A stretch of 64,000 bases of DNA, from assembly GCA_010405405.1 (NCBI GenBank), contig MU004238.1, positions 879,530-943,529 of the forward strand, read 5' to 3'. Positions 24,330 through 37,015 of the stretch are shown piece by piece. Origin of the DNA: Microthyrium microscopicum (lineage: Eukaryota). The notes beneath the pieces are model-generated. The model made no database searches. It had not been told where the DNA came from and saw only the letters and a program-made list of their open reading frames with translations. Made by a program: the position numbers and the translations under genes. The first letter of the stretch is position 1. Each line of letters begins with the position of its first letter.

Positions 24330-26153
24330 GCTGGTTAGGAATCGTCCAAGGAGTGCTGACGGCGCCTAGGAAAGAGAGTGCGCCTTCAGTTGCTATATGT
24401 TCATGATTTTTGATGACCTGCCAAATCCGGTGGATCAGCACCGACGCTAAAACGTCGACTGGGCAATTTTCTGGAAGGATATGGTCTTGAGTTTAAATTA
24501 TACGGTCTATTTCATAGCCGCTGGGTGGAGCTTATGCGACGGTCCAGTTGATTAGCCTTAAAAGAAAATTCTGACAAGAGTGGTGGGAGCTCAGGGGAAC
24601 TCTTGTACTTGACTGGATAGTTCCACACCACTATGCTTTCTTTCATTGTGCCTAGAAGTGATGTTTCAAGATAGGAGCGTGCAAGTTGCCGTGCAATATA
24701 TTCGGGAAGCCGCCGGTTGGACAGTATTCGCGAGCCTTCAACCAACATCCTGGGGAAGGTCATTTGATACACTGAATAAAATCAGGCACATACCACATAG
24801 AGTACCGGATATTCCGGGCAAAGTAGTTGTTGCTGCAAGGCATTACTTAAGCCTAGGTATTGTCGCATTTTCAATCTCAGAGAACCCAAGCTGTGGGTAG
24901 TAATCATAATACAACACTTATGAACGCGCAATGTGTGATCAGTCGTCAACCCTATTCTTGGGTCTCTATGGCATAAGGAAAAACTCTGTCTTAATGTTAT
25001 CGTCAGCCAAGTATGTCGCTTAGAGAATACGTATCAAAAAAGTATGAATAGGAATTAACATCGATCGATTTGTCGGCATGCTTACGAAAGAACCAATAAT
25101 ATAACATCGCATTAAAGTCTAATAACGTACTTCCGTGGGTTGGTACTTGAATTCCCCTTTCGATTTAGCTTAAGATTCAACAATGAGAATAAGCTCTGTT
25201 TTGATATGTATGATGTGGTAATACAAGCTATCTTGCTAACATGATGGTTGAGAATACCAGCTCCAGTAACTGTACAATTGTACCCATTGATGCTTTAGAA
25301 AGAGGCTCTATACTAACAAATAGTTCGACAGCTGCTCAATGTCTCAATACTGAATTGGCACAAGGTTTACCGATACTCTTGCTTAAGCCATGATCAGCGC
25401 AATAGCAAATGATGCTTCTGGAGATAAATGCAAAGGATTCAGGGGTTTGAATAAAATGAAGCTCTATATTCCCTTTTTCGAATGGTCCCACGGACCAAGC
25501 AAATTGATGGGAACATCCTCTCTATATATGGAATCTCGCCTTGAGACCCGCCTCAGCTTGCATGACAGACACCAGTTCCTGGAAGAACATCCGTACATGA
25601 TGGAGTAGAGAAGCTCTCAAGTGATCACCCGGAAGATTGGGTAGGATCCAAGCAGATTAACGATCTGTTTCGACCCGGTCGATACGGTCAAGGCGTATTC
25701 TGAATCTATTATTGAGCCTGCCTAGGCTCCCCCGTCCCCGGATTAACGATCGGGAGTGATTCGGCGGCATGCATGAGACGCATGTACATCCGTTTGCGAA
25801 ATGTGGTGACCTCTGACCCTCCCCCCTTAGTGCCCAAAGATGTGAATTTTGCAGAATCCAGCCAATTGAACGTATTGAAAATGTTAGATTTGAAGTCTGG
25901 GACCCAGGTCGGAGCCTTTATATCCTAAAGCCATAGGCTATTCTTAACGTGATTGGATAGCTACTGTGTTCTATATTCGATAGGGACCATCATGGACATC
26001 AAGATATACGTTTCAGGCTAAGTTCCATAAAAGTGAGAAGAGTGATATAATTGGACCATAACCGGTCATAAGTCTCATCTTCACTGCTACAAGCTCAACA
26101 TCGACAATCATAAACGCAGATCCATCATTTTGTTCTCAAATCCTTCCATCAAT

Positions 26154-27396
26154 CTAGCTCGTAAGATCAAGAACAACACGACCCTGAAGCTTCCCATCAT
26201 TCATATCCTGGAAAATCTGCGTCAAATTCTCCATCTTGTCCGACTTGACATGCATCTTCACCACCCCTCTCGCCGCAAAATTCAACGTCTCAATCGCATC
26301 CTTCCTCGTCCCCACCGAACTCCCCACAACCGTCAACTCCTTCCCAATCAACAGCTGTGGACTCGCACTCGCAATCCCCACCAACCCACCCTCTGGAATT
26401 CCCACCGCCACCACCCGTCCACCGAACCGTAACATTGGCAACGCACTCGTATACGCCGCATTCACTGCCGCCACAACTATCACTGCGTGCGCGCCCTCTC
26501 CTGTAAGTTTCTGGACTTCGGCGGGCGTGTCGACGGGCGCGTCCCGGCTGCCGAAGGAGAGGAAGTGTTCTGCGCCAGAGTCGAGGACTAGTTGGCGCTT
26601 GGATTCAGAGTCGATGCCGATTACACGCATGGCGAAGGCTTTGGAGGCGAGTTGCACGGCCATGTGGCCTAGTCCGCCGCCGGCGCCGATTATGACTACC
26701 CAGTCGCCGGATTGGGCGCCGGATTTGCGGAGGGCGGCGTAGACGGTTACGCCGGCGCAGAGGAACTGTGTATGTTAACATATGTATGAATAGAGGAAAC
26801 ATGGAGGGCTTACGGGCGCGGCTTCAATGTCACTGACACCATCAGGGATAGGAGTCACGTAGTTGGCGGGTGCGAGGGCGTACTGTTGGAATGTTCCTGG
26901 TGTGTAGTAGCCGGAGATTTCGACGCCTTTGCATTGAGCGTCGCGGCCCGCGAGACAGGGTCCTAAAGAATAATCAGTGACACCTTTTGAGCCTGACGTG
27001 ATATTGACATACCGCAATTGAGGCAGGCTTTGGAGACCCATTTGATTCCTACGCGATCGCCGACTTTGACGCCAACTGACTCTGTTCCTGGACCGAGTTT
27101 GACAATTTTGCCTACTCCTTCGTGTCCACCGACTTGACCAGGCTGTGTTGGTGCTGGGAGAGCAGCCCATGTATTGGTCATAACACCCAAATCCGAGTGA
27201 CAGACACCAGATGCCGTCCTGCCATAACTATTAGAGTGTGTCATATATCAAATCGATATTGAGCGTACAAGTTGATGAGAACTTGGCCATGGCCTGGCTC
27301 CGGCATATCAAGCTCCACAACCTTGGTTGAAATCTTGCCGGGCTCATCGTAGACGGCGGCTTTGTATTTCTTTGGGATTTCGGGTTCGGTAGACAT
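26154..27396 (-). CDS. Zn-dependent alcohol dehydrogenase (MDR family)
   Basis: MSTEPEIPKKYKA start; catalytic GVCHSD and GGHEG; structural Zn CLNC-GPC-x7-C; Rossmann GAGGGLG; C-terminal GRVVLDL. Three introns. Confidence 0.95.
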
Positions 27397-29649
27397 ATTT
27401 GTTGTGTTCGTTGTATTTCAATGATACTTGGAGCGGGGGAGGGTCGTGCTGCTGAGGCTGTTAGCTTGTTGATCGCGACTGTAATTAACACTGCTGGTAC
27501 AGACGATCTGTATCGCAAGGATGGAGCTTGCAGTACGTTGTGTTTTCTTGCCTTCGAGTGCTTTAGGAAGTATATCGTGGTGCAGTGACGTATGGATATC
27601 ACAGCTACATGTGCAATTACAGGACGATGGAGGGCATGTGTTCCGCAACGATGACCCGTACTTTCCAGACATGAACAAAAGGAGCATACTTACAGGCAGG
27701 TACCACTCGTTTTGGTATTCAAACTCTCAGCAATACAAGTTGTAAAAAATGTTTACGGGTGAGATTCTAGACTACAGGTACAGCTCTAGGCAGTAGCGGA
27801 GCTCCCTGGCTCTTTTAAGAAATCGACCCCATCTTACACTCTAACCACGGGCTATAGACTACCCGAGCTTCTGATATACTTTCAAAGCTTCGTTACTGGG
27901 CCTATTGTGAAGTGGTGCATATTCCAGTTCTGTAGAAGGATCCATTGCCTCGGTCAAAGCGGAGCTGAGAGCTTAAAAGGGAACCATTGACCGACTTCCC
28001 CGCGTTGAGAATTCCACATTCGGGTCAATCGTACCTAGAATAAGACCTAGAACTAGATCTTATGAGTGGCAGAGCTAAAGGAGGGCCATGCGGGTGCGGA
28101 GAACAAAAAATCTGGGGAAGTTTGTATAACGGAAATGCTGGGAGTTTTGTTGTCGTTGATTGCATCGTGGACTCTGTCTTTTGAACTCGTTTTGAATCCA
28201 GCTGACCCGGAAAGGAAACATATTTCTCGCAGATACGTGAGAAAGCCCATGGAAATCTGTGTGTCAAGAATAAAGGACTTCGATAGCATTTCTGCAGTGG
28301 CTCACAAAATGAATTAGTTGACTACAGGTATCGACTTCACGGGCAACCGGACGTCGATGCAGCTTCTAGACCAGGAGACATAACCAATGGCAGCGTTGAA
28401 CATTTAGCATTGGCCTGTGCCTGAGAGATACTGTACAAAACTTTCAGGCCTTCTCTTTGCAGATTGTGTTGACCTTTGGAAAACAGTTGGGTTGTGAGAA
28501 ATATTGGGCAGAAATAGAGGAGACTTGGTGCTTTAAAAAGTCCAGGCAACACCAATGCTTAGACAGGCTAACCTTGCTTTTTGCTGCGGATAATCTGGTA
28601 TTAGGCCTGCAACACAACATTGGATTGACACAGTGCATTGAAACTGAAGGATGGAGTGAGCTGCATGAGAATGACAAGCAGCAAGACGTTCCTCATCTTA
28701 CAGCTTTCAGGAGAGAAGCCGAGAGGTTGAAGGTGGCACCAGAACGGGAGCTTATGGGATTTCGTGCATGACGTTGAGCTGTGGCCTGGAGGAATAAATA
28801 TATCACGTCCTGCCCGCTATCAGTCGATTAGTCGGTGATGCTTTGATATTTGCTGGCCAGTGTTTGCCTGTTTGAATTTTCAACTGTATGCATACAGTGC
28901 GGCATAAGGTGGATATATACTGGTTTATCGTTTGTTTTACTCTAGCTAGAAAGAGTATTTGACAGGTGTTTGACAAGGAAGAATTAGGATGTGCCATGAA
29001 GAACTGCTGATGCTAGCAAGGACTATTATAATTCAGCATCCAAGCACCTAAGCAATGAACATCAGCAGCTCCTCTACCTCTAGTTATGTTATATAAATTT
29101 ATTAGAGGCTTACCTCCAATTATTTATCATTTTGTCCTTACCTCTTAATATCGCCTAATATCATATATAGATATTAAGAATAAAAGTATTATAGAAAGTA
29201 AAATCTAACGAGATTAAGTATAGTTTAAGTTACGAATTATATAATTTAATATTAAACTAGCTATTTATTATCTAGCACGCCTTAATTAATAATATTATAT
29301 TTAGAATATTAACTTCTTAACTTTACTTACTAACTCTACTCTACTATATAATAATTTAATAATAGCTACGTATATTTATTCTAACTATAAAATTCTACGT
29401 AATATAACCTCCTTTTAAAATACTAATACTATCGCTCTAGATTTTAATACCTATTTTAAATATTATTAATATAGATAAAGTTAACTTAGTAAAGCTACTA
29501 TAACTAATACTACTATTATTACTAAGTAGTAGTATACTAAATATTATTCTAAGTACGTAATCTACTTCTTTAAAGCAAAGATTAGTAATAGAATTATTAA
29601 ATAATATACTTAATGTTAAAAACTTTTAAATCTACTAGAATATATCGTA

Positions 29650-32600
29650 ATAGATATATAAATATTATATTTACTACTTCTACTAAATCTTTCTCCCGTT
29701 AACTAATAACGTCTACTACTTTATAAGTATATTAATAATATTACCTATAATTATTTTTACGATACTAAGATTATTTAACAATTCTAGCAAAAAACTTAAT
29801 AGTATTAAGGATTAAAGTATACTTATAATAATAATAACAATAAAGAACTTCCTCCTACTCCTTAACTAACTAATATTATTAACTAATTTAACGCAAAAAA
29901 TCCTCTACTACTATTCTTCTACCCTTTAATATTATAAAGCATTCCTCTAAATAATAACTCTTCTAGACTATAAAACCTATAGCTATTATGTCTCTCTACT
30001 TTTACTACGTTATAGACTAAAAAAGCTAGTATTAAAATCTTTCTATTTATATAATATAATATTAAGGATCTAGATTAGCTTAATAAACCTACGCTAAGTA
30101 CTAAAGATTAAGAGATTATAGATAAATTTTATACTATATTAGTAGTAAAAGAGATAATATTATATAATTAGTATAATAAGTAATAGTTTAATATAAGTCT
30201 TAAATTAGTTAGTAGTAATAACGTCTATTAAATATATTATAATAATAAATATAATATTAAGAAATAGTTAGAAAGAAATAGAATAAACGTTAAGAATATA
30301 CTAGCGCATTTACTAAAATTAATATAGGTTAAGAAAATATTAATTTTACTATTATATATATATATTTCCTTATATTAAATTTAAGGATAGTAATATAACT
30401 ATAATAGCTATATTATAATATTCTAACGCTAGGTAGCTTTACTATACTATAAGTTACTATTACTACTAAAATAGTTAAACATTATAGTATTAAAGCCTAT
30501 AAATACTAATAGAGATTATTAGTTATAGCATTAATTTATAAAGCAATATACTATTAGACAAGTTACTATTCTAGAGTAGTTATTATAGCTTAAGAATAAT
30601 AACACTTACTTTAAGAATATTATTATTAATAACGATACTCTTAACTAACTACTAGAGGATAGAGATATTATAGCGTAGTTTAATACTAAGATTATTAAGC
30701 TAACTATTAATAATCTAGCGCCTAATAAAGGTTCTAAAACTATATAGACTATATAAGATATTACTAATATTAATTTATTTAGAGATAACGTTTAGCCCTT
30801 AACGTATAGTATTATTCTAGATCTAGGATTAAATATTATTAGTATTAAAGTAATAGCTAAAGATTTTAGGGTATAACCTAATAATATTTTTTTAATAGTT
30901 CTTCCTATTAGTACTATATCTATTAATAAGTTTAGTAGCTATTAGACATTAGCTAAAGCTTTTCCTATATTATATCTATATAGTATTAGTAATTATAATA
31001 TTAGGCGTAATTAAAATATAATATATAGTAAGTATACTAAATATTTAATATAATATAAGGATAGTTATTTTACTTAATATCTAAGATAGCGCTATATAGT
31101 CTTTAATACTTATATATAGCATAAGATTTAAGGTTCTAGCACTTATTTTATTAATTACTAACTATTATCTAATATTATATTAGAATCTATCTACAAAGCA
31201 TTAGCTAACCCTAATAATAATATTATATAATAGCTAATTACTAAGTTAGTTTAATATTCTTATTACGTACTTAGTAGTCGTCTCTTTTAGAATAAGAAAC
31301 GATAAAAAGTTATTATAATAATTTAGTAGTTAGGCTATCTAACGTTATTTTTAATATAGTCTACTATAGACTTATATTAGCATAAACTAGCTTATTATAT
31401 ACTAAATTATAATTAGTAGCTTATAGCTAATAATAAAGGTTATACCTATATTACTTACTATAATTTAACTAATAATCTCTATATTACTATATAGTTTTTT
31501 AATAGACGTTATATATTATTTAAAGATATTATATTAACTAGCAAATTTAGTATTATTAATTCCTAGAAACGTATAGAATATTAAGCAAGAAGTAGTAATT
31601 ACTATTACAAATTTATATAGTATAATATTAAAGGACTAGATATAAAAGCTACTAATAGTATATATCTTAAGCCTCTTAATAATATTATATAGTTCTTATA
31701 GGCCTAAAAATATTTACTAGAAGCTATTAACCCTATTCTAGGTACTAATAAATAGGTTCTTAATAGTAATATTAGTACTTTATAGATAAGTACTAAGGAA
31801 TAGTAAAATACTATTTAATAACTAAATAGTACTATCAATTAGGTACTTACATATAGATATAGTATCTATTATTAACAAATTATTAAAGCTAATCCTACTA
31901 GACTAAAGTAATATTAATTCTACTACCTTTACTATATTAATCTTTTACCTAAAGATTAAAATACTAATATACCTACTAATATTCCTAAATCTAATATTCC
32001 TATATTTTAATTTATAGCGCGTCTTAACTACGACTAGAACAAGTTATATCCTATCTTTAAATATAACTATAATAATACTAACCTTATACTATTTAACTAG
32101 TTAGCTATTATATTATAGTTAGCTAATTATAACATATTGCTAATAATAAGTAAAGCTACTACTACTAATTATATTACTAAATATAGCATTAAAGCTAAGA
32201 AGTAGTCTAAGACCTATAAAGATATACTATTAAAATATTTAAAGCATATATTAGATTAAGGGTAAGTTAGAATATTAGTTTCTAAAATAATAATAACATT
32301 AGTATTAAAACATAATTAGACTACTTCTAAAGTTATATATCTTCTACTTTAAATACTATTAGCATAATTAACGCGTAGTATATTAGTTATTAACTATTAA
32401 TCTAAAAACGATTAATTAGCTAACTTTTTTAATTAACGTTAGGCTAATAGTAGAAAAGATAGAATATTAGAAGGGAAAAGTATACTTATAAAGTATAAAG
32501 AGCGTAGAAAAGAAATAGAGAATATAATATTCTTTAATTTTCTTTTATATTATAATACTACTAGTCTATATTACTAGCGTAAAGGTTTAATAAAAGCTTA

Positions 32601-34560
32601 TATTTTATAGTATTAGCCTCTTTATAATAAGGATATACTATTATAATTTAAAGACTACTACTATATTAAAGCATAGTTATATTATCCCTTTTATAAAACT
32701 AAAGACACTAAGAGCAAATTTAATACTTAGGAATAAAAATATAAGGATTATATTACTAGACGCTATAACTATAAGTATAACTTTTTTTATATTATTAAAA
32801 TAAAGCTAGATTTTAATAATAATAAGTTAGAAGATAATAGCATTAATCTAGTTAATAAGAGAACTATACCTAATTAGGCTAATATAGTAGCATAGTACCC
32901 TAATAGTGCTATAGATAGCATAGAAGATAATTAAAGTAAGCTAAGTACTTAAGATATTAATAACATTAAATAAGAAGATTATATCTATAAGTTGCTATTC
33001 TATAGAATATTAAATAAAGTATACTAGGATTAATAGAAAGAATTATATCTACTTTAGTAAAGTAGCTAGGAAATATTACAATCTATTACTAATACGCTAA
33101 ATGTTAAATAACGAGAAGTCTATAATTATATAACTAGCTACTATTAACATAGGTTTAAGACAAGTTTTATAGATACTAAGCATTTACTATTATATATTAA
33201 CGATTTTACTAGTACTAGCAAATTATATCTTATTAATATCTTATTATTTTACTTGCGTACTATTATATCTAAGTTTAATAAATTAAATCTATTAGTTAAA
33301 TATATGCCTATTAGAGTAGTAGCATATAATATTAATAGTAAAACTATTTATAACCTATTTACTATTTAACCTTAGTTATTAATTAATAATCCTCTATAGA
33401 GTAGTAGGCTTACTATATTATAAAATGACTTATAGTCTATTAAGTATATTANNNNNNNNNNNNNNNNNNNNNNNNNNNNNNNNNNNNNNNNNNNNNNNNN
33501 NNNNNNNNNNNNNNNNNNNNNNNNNNNNNNNNNNNNNNNNNNNNNNNNNNNNNNNNNNNNNNNNNNNNNNNNNNNNNNNNNNNNNNNNNNNNNNNNNNNN
33601 NNNNNNNNNNNNNNNNNNNNNNNNNNNNNNNNNNNNNNNNNNNNNNNNNNNNNNNNNNNNNNNNNNNNNNNNNNNNNNNNNNNNNNNNNNNNNNNNNNNN
33701 NNNNNNNNNNNNNNNNNNNNNNNNNNNNNNNNNNNNNNNNNNNNNNTTACTATATATTATAAAGCTAGTAATAGTTATTAAAGCTATTAATACTCCTCTA
33801 ACTACTAAGAAGGTATTTATAAATATTATAAAGATCTACTAGTTTATTTCTATCTCTCTTAGATATTAAGTAATATTAATAACTAATATCTAGACTAATT
33901 ATAGTTTAGTTAATAGTGTTATAGAAATAGTCTTTAATATCTAGTAGCTTATAAGAACTACTAACCTTTAATATACCTAACCTTCTATTATTATAGTTAC
34001 CTTTAATTAGTATAATATTAATTTACTAGTTTATACTATAGTAAGTAATAAGAAATATATTCTAATCTTCTTTATTATATAGTAATTTAATTTTAAAAGT
34101 AGAAACTACTATTATACTTAGTTTCTTTTAATATTAGCGTATACTATTATAATTTATAAGTCTTAAAGAATTATAGTTAATAAAGTAGTATTAGATATAT
34201 TTATAAAGGATTTTATATAGAGCTTAATATATATAGTAGTATTAAGAGTTAAGAGCTTTAATAGCTTAATATTTGCTAAACTATTTAACTATAAGTAGTA
34301 GGATAGCAAAAAAGATCTTATTAAAAGTATATAATAGTAGCTTTATAACTTTAATATGCGCTAGAAATAGCTACTATTAAAATTTAAAGATAGGAATATA
34401 CCTTTATAGCTATCTCTACTACTACCTCTATCTCTACCTCTATCGCCTTTATTGCTAGTAAGTTACTATTTACTACTTTTACTAATATTACCTTTATTAT
34501 CCTAAGGTAGCTATATTATAATTACTAATAATAAAGATAAGTTACTTCTTTCTATACGTT
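29650..34560 (+). pseudogene. RepHel (Rep/PIF1 helicase) ORF destroyed by RIP
   Basis: Manual C>T/G>A reversion gives: CxxCxERWFDM zinc finger (~30160); LPELTQVEEMLI and WLKNNN (DUF6570, ~30310-30600); DGRFAQHPRWRY (~31060); TWSAADLHW (~31355); EYQARGSGHCH HUH (~31576); YIAKY (~32170); GFAGTGKS Walker A (~33202); PTGVAAHNINGKTIH (~33307). After the gap: VMLTANIWTDYGLVNG (~33870), TQFPLTLAYAITIHKSQG (~34115), GLTYVAVSRVK (~34220). Confidence 0.88.
33452..33746. other. Assembly gap (295 N) inside the PIF1 helicase region
   Basis: Run of N, with helicase motifs on both sides. Confidence 1.
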
Positions 34561-37015
34561 ATAACTCTAATAATAGTAAGGCTAAAGAGAAAGAATAGGA
34601 GAAAAATCTAATAGCGTTAAATAAAGATACTATATTTAATAATAACCTATAGTCCTCTCTCTATATATAATCTAATATTTAAGTTAGATCTACCTCTTCT
34701 ACTATTAGATTAGGCGCTTCTACCTTAATATTATACCTCTACCTCTTTCTTTCTAGGTAACTTCTATAGCTTCTTAAATTTAATATTACCTCTAAATCTT
34801 ATAATATATAATATTATCTTTCTTAGTATTAAATATTTACTTTACTATTATTGCTTATTTACTTCTCTCTTTTTAATACTTTCTTCTTAACTTTAACTAA
34901 TACTTTTATATCCTTACTTTCTAATACTACTATTCTATATTTAATACTTACTTAATGCTTACTATTAAGTTATTTAATAAACATCCTTACTTAATAATAG
35001 TCTTAATTTAATATTCTTTATAGAAATCTATTTAATCTATATTAAATCTTACTTTATAATAGGCATTAATCCTATTTAGAGTTATTAATAATCTAATACT
35101 CTTAATTAATTTAATACTCTTAATAGTACTCTTAATAATATTTTAATACTTTATTATTAAACTATAGGGTATAAAGTATTTTAAATTCCTTTAATTTTAG
35201 ACTTCTTTTTCTTTCCTCTAGCTTAATATCTTTTACTATTATATAAGTATAATATTATTACTTAACGTTACGTATTTACTAACTATTACTATAGAACTAT
35301 GCTACTTAGATTTAAAAATAACGTTAAAATACAATCTTTTACCTTCTCTCTTATCTTTATTATTAAAGCTATAAGTAGCAATATAAAAGAACCTTCTCTT
35401 CTTATTATACTAGTAATACTTAATATTAATAAGAAGTATATTCTATATAATTAAACTACGCCTAGTAGTAGCTCTACTAAAAAAAAGCTAAAAAAATCTT
35501 TAATATCTATAGTAATATTTACGCCTATTAACTAGTCGTTGCCTTTAAAAGTTAACGCTTATTACTCCTATATTAGTAATAATATACCTACCTTAGCTAA
35601 CGTTATACTAGCTATAAGTTATAGTATACTAATATATATTATATACGCTTTACGTCTAGTAAAGTATTATAATAACTAAGGTTATTAAAAGAAGGATTTA
35701 TACTTTACGTTCCTAAATATTAAGTATCTTTATATAGATAGTATATATAAGTCTTTACTATTATATTATTTCTCTTATTAAAGTAAAGTTTATAAGTACT
35801 TTAAGATATAAAGAGATAGCATTTAGAATAATCCTAAGGTATTTAGAATACTAAAAGACTTCTTTAAATATTATAATCTTAATTTAAAGGAGAAGACTTA
35901 TAGCACTATATTAGAGCGCTTAGAATAATATTAAGACGTAGCTATAAAGAATATTATTAGGAAGAAGAAGAATAGTACTAGTATTACTACTACTACTAAT
36001 AATTTTAGTAGTTATTTATTATAAATACTAATTAATACTAGTAATAAACCCTTAGTACTATTTAGCTAAGTAAAGGTTCTATTTACGTATCTTAATTACG
36101 CTAAAGCTTTAATTTATAATACTTATATTTAATATATAAGTAATATTACTAATTTATAACGTTATTCTTCTAACGTCTTATATTAGATTATAAGTTAGAG
36201 TATAGATATTTCTTAATAGATCTTAAATAGTAATATTAACTAATATAATATTACTTCTATTAGTATTAAAAACTATATTCTTCTATATTATAATATCTAA
36301 TATTTAACATTATGTCTTACATTTAAATAATATTATAGCGGCTGCTAGCTAATTAAGTTATAAAGAGCAAGCCTCTTCTCCTAGGGTTACACGGCCTACG
36401 TAGACCATGACGTCGCCTTATATTCTTTTTCGGTAACATAACGCTGTTATGGGCTAGATCTGTAACGCACGTGGACGTCAGGAACGCGGCCCGCCAATTA
36501 CTCACAGCGACGGCGTGGCGCTAGGAGTATTTTTTTAGCCCTGGCGTGGGTTGGCGCACGTTGCGGGTTGCAGGCAAGGCTTACAGGTCTTGCTCCTCGT
36601 TCCTTCTCTCTTCTCGACGCTGTGGCAGGTGCGATTGCCCAACCAACTGGGTTGCGGTTGCTGCCTTTGGCTGCTCCTGCTCATCGTTCTTACCCCGTCT
36701 CATCATTCACACTGGGTGGCCACTTCCCATCTGAAACTTCTCACATCCAACTACACTTGCAATATCTTCCACTACTGTATCAAACTTTTTGACCAACTCC
36801 ACAAACAATTCTTCATTTTGCGCCCAACTCTCCCCTCAGCCTTATCGCACCGGGCATGCGTCTGCTATCTGCCCCATTTACAATCTGACCGCCTACCCTA
36901 CTGCCAGCTCCAGCCTTGTACCCACGACACTGAAATCCATACCTTACTCTTATATTCTGTCGTCACCACTCTATCACCAGACGCCCTTCACCTAGTTTCT
37001 ATTCTCCAGGCCGCC

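Larger units (their letters stand above)
29033..36536 (+). mobile_element. RIP-inactivated Helitron-like element (DUF6570 + HUH Rep + PIF1 helicase); boundaries approximate
   Basis: Extreme AT richness, TpA excess and CpA/TpG loss from ~29080 to ~36360. Reverting RIP on the + strand recovers Rep and PIF1 motifs (see the pseudogene entry). Candidate 3' hairpin + ATTTT at 36499-36536. Confidence 0.85.

Noticed and set aside
25840..25877. Short resemblance to 5.8S rRNA (ATGTGAATT..GCAGAAT.CAG)
   Set aside because: Only ~20 nt with indels and no flanking rDNA similarity; compatible with chance.
28000..29000. Several 60-100 aa ORFs between the ADH gene and the Helitron
   Set aside because: No recognisable motifs, and no consistent splice structure could be built.
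29080..36360. AT-rich block as centromere, mitochondrial insertion or foreign DNA
   Set aside because: The dinucleotide pattern and recoverable RepHel motifs explain it as a RIP'd transposon.
36551..37015. N-terminal 155 aa of the 948-aa ORF
   Set aside because: It starts at a non-ATG codon and has UTR-like pyrimidine-rich composition. A strong Kozak ATG lies at 37016.
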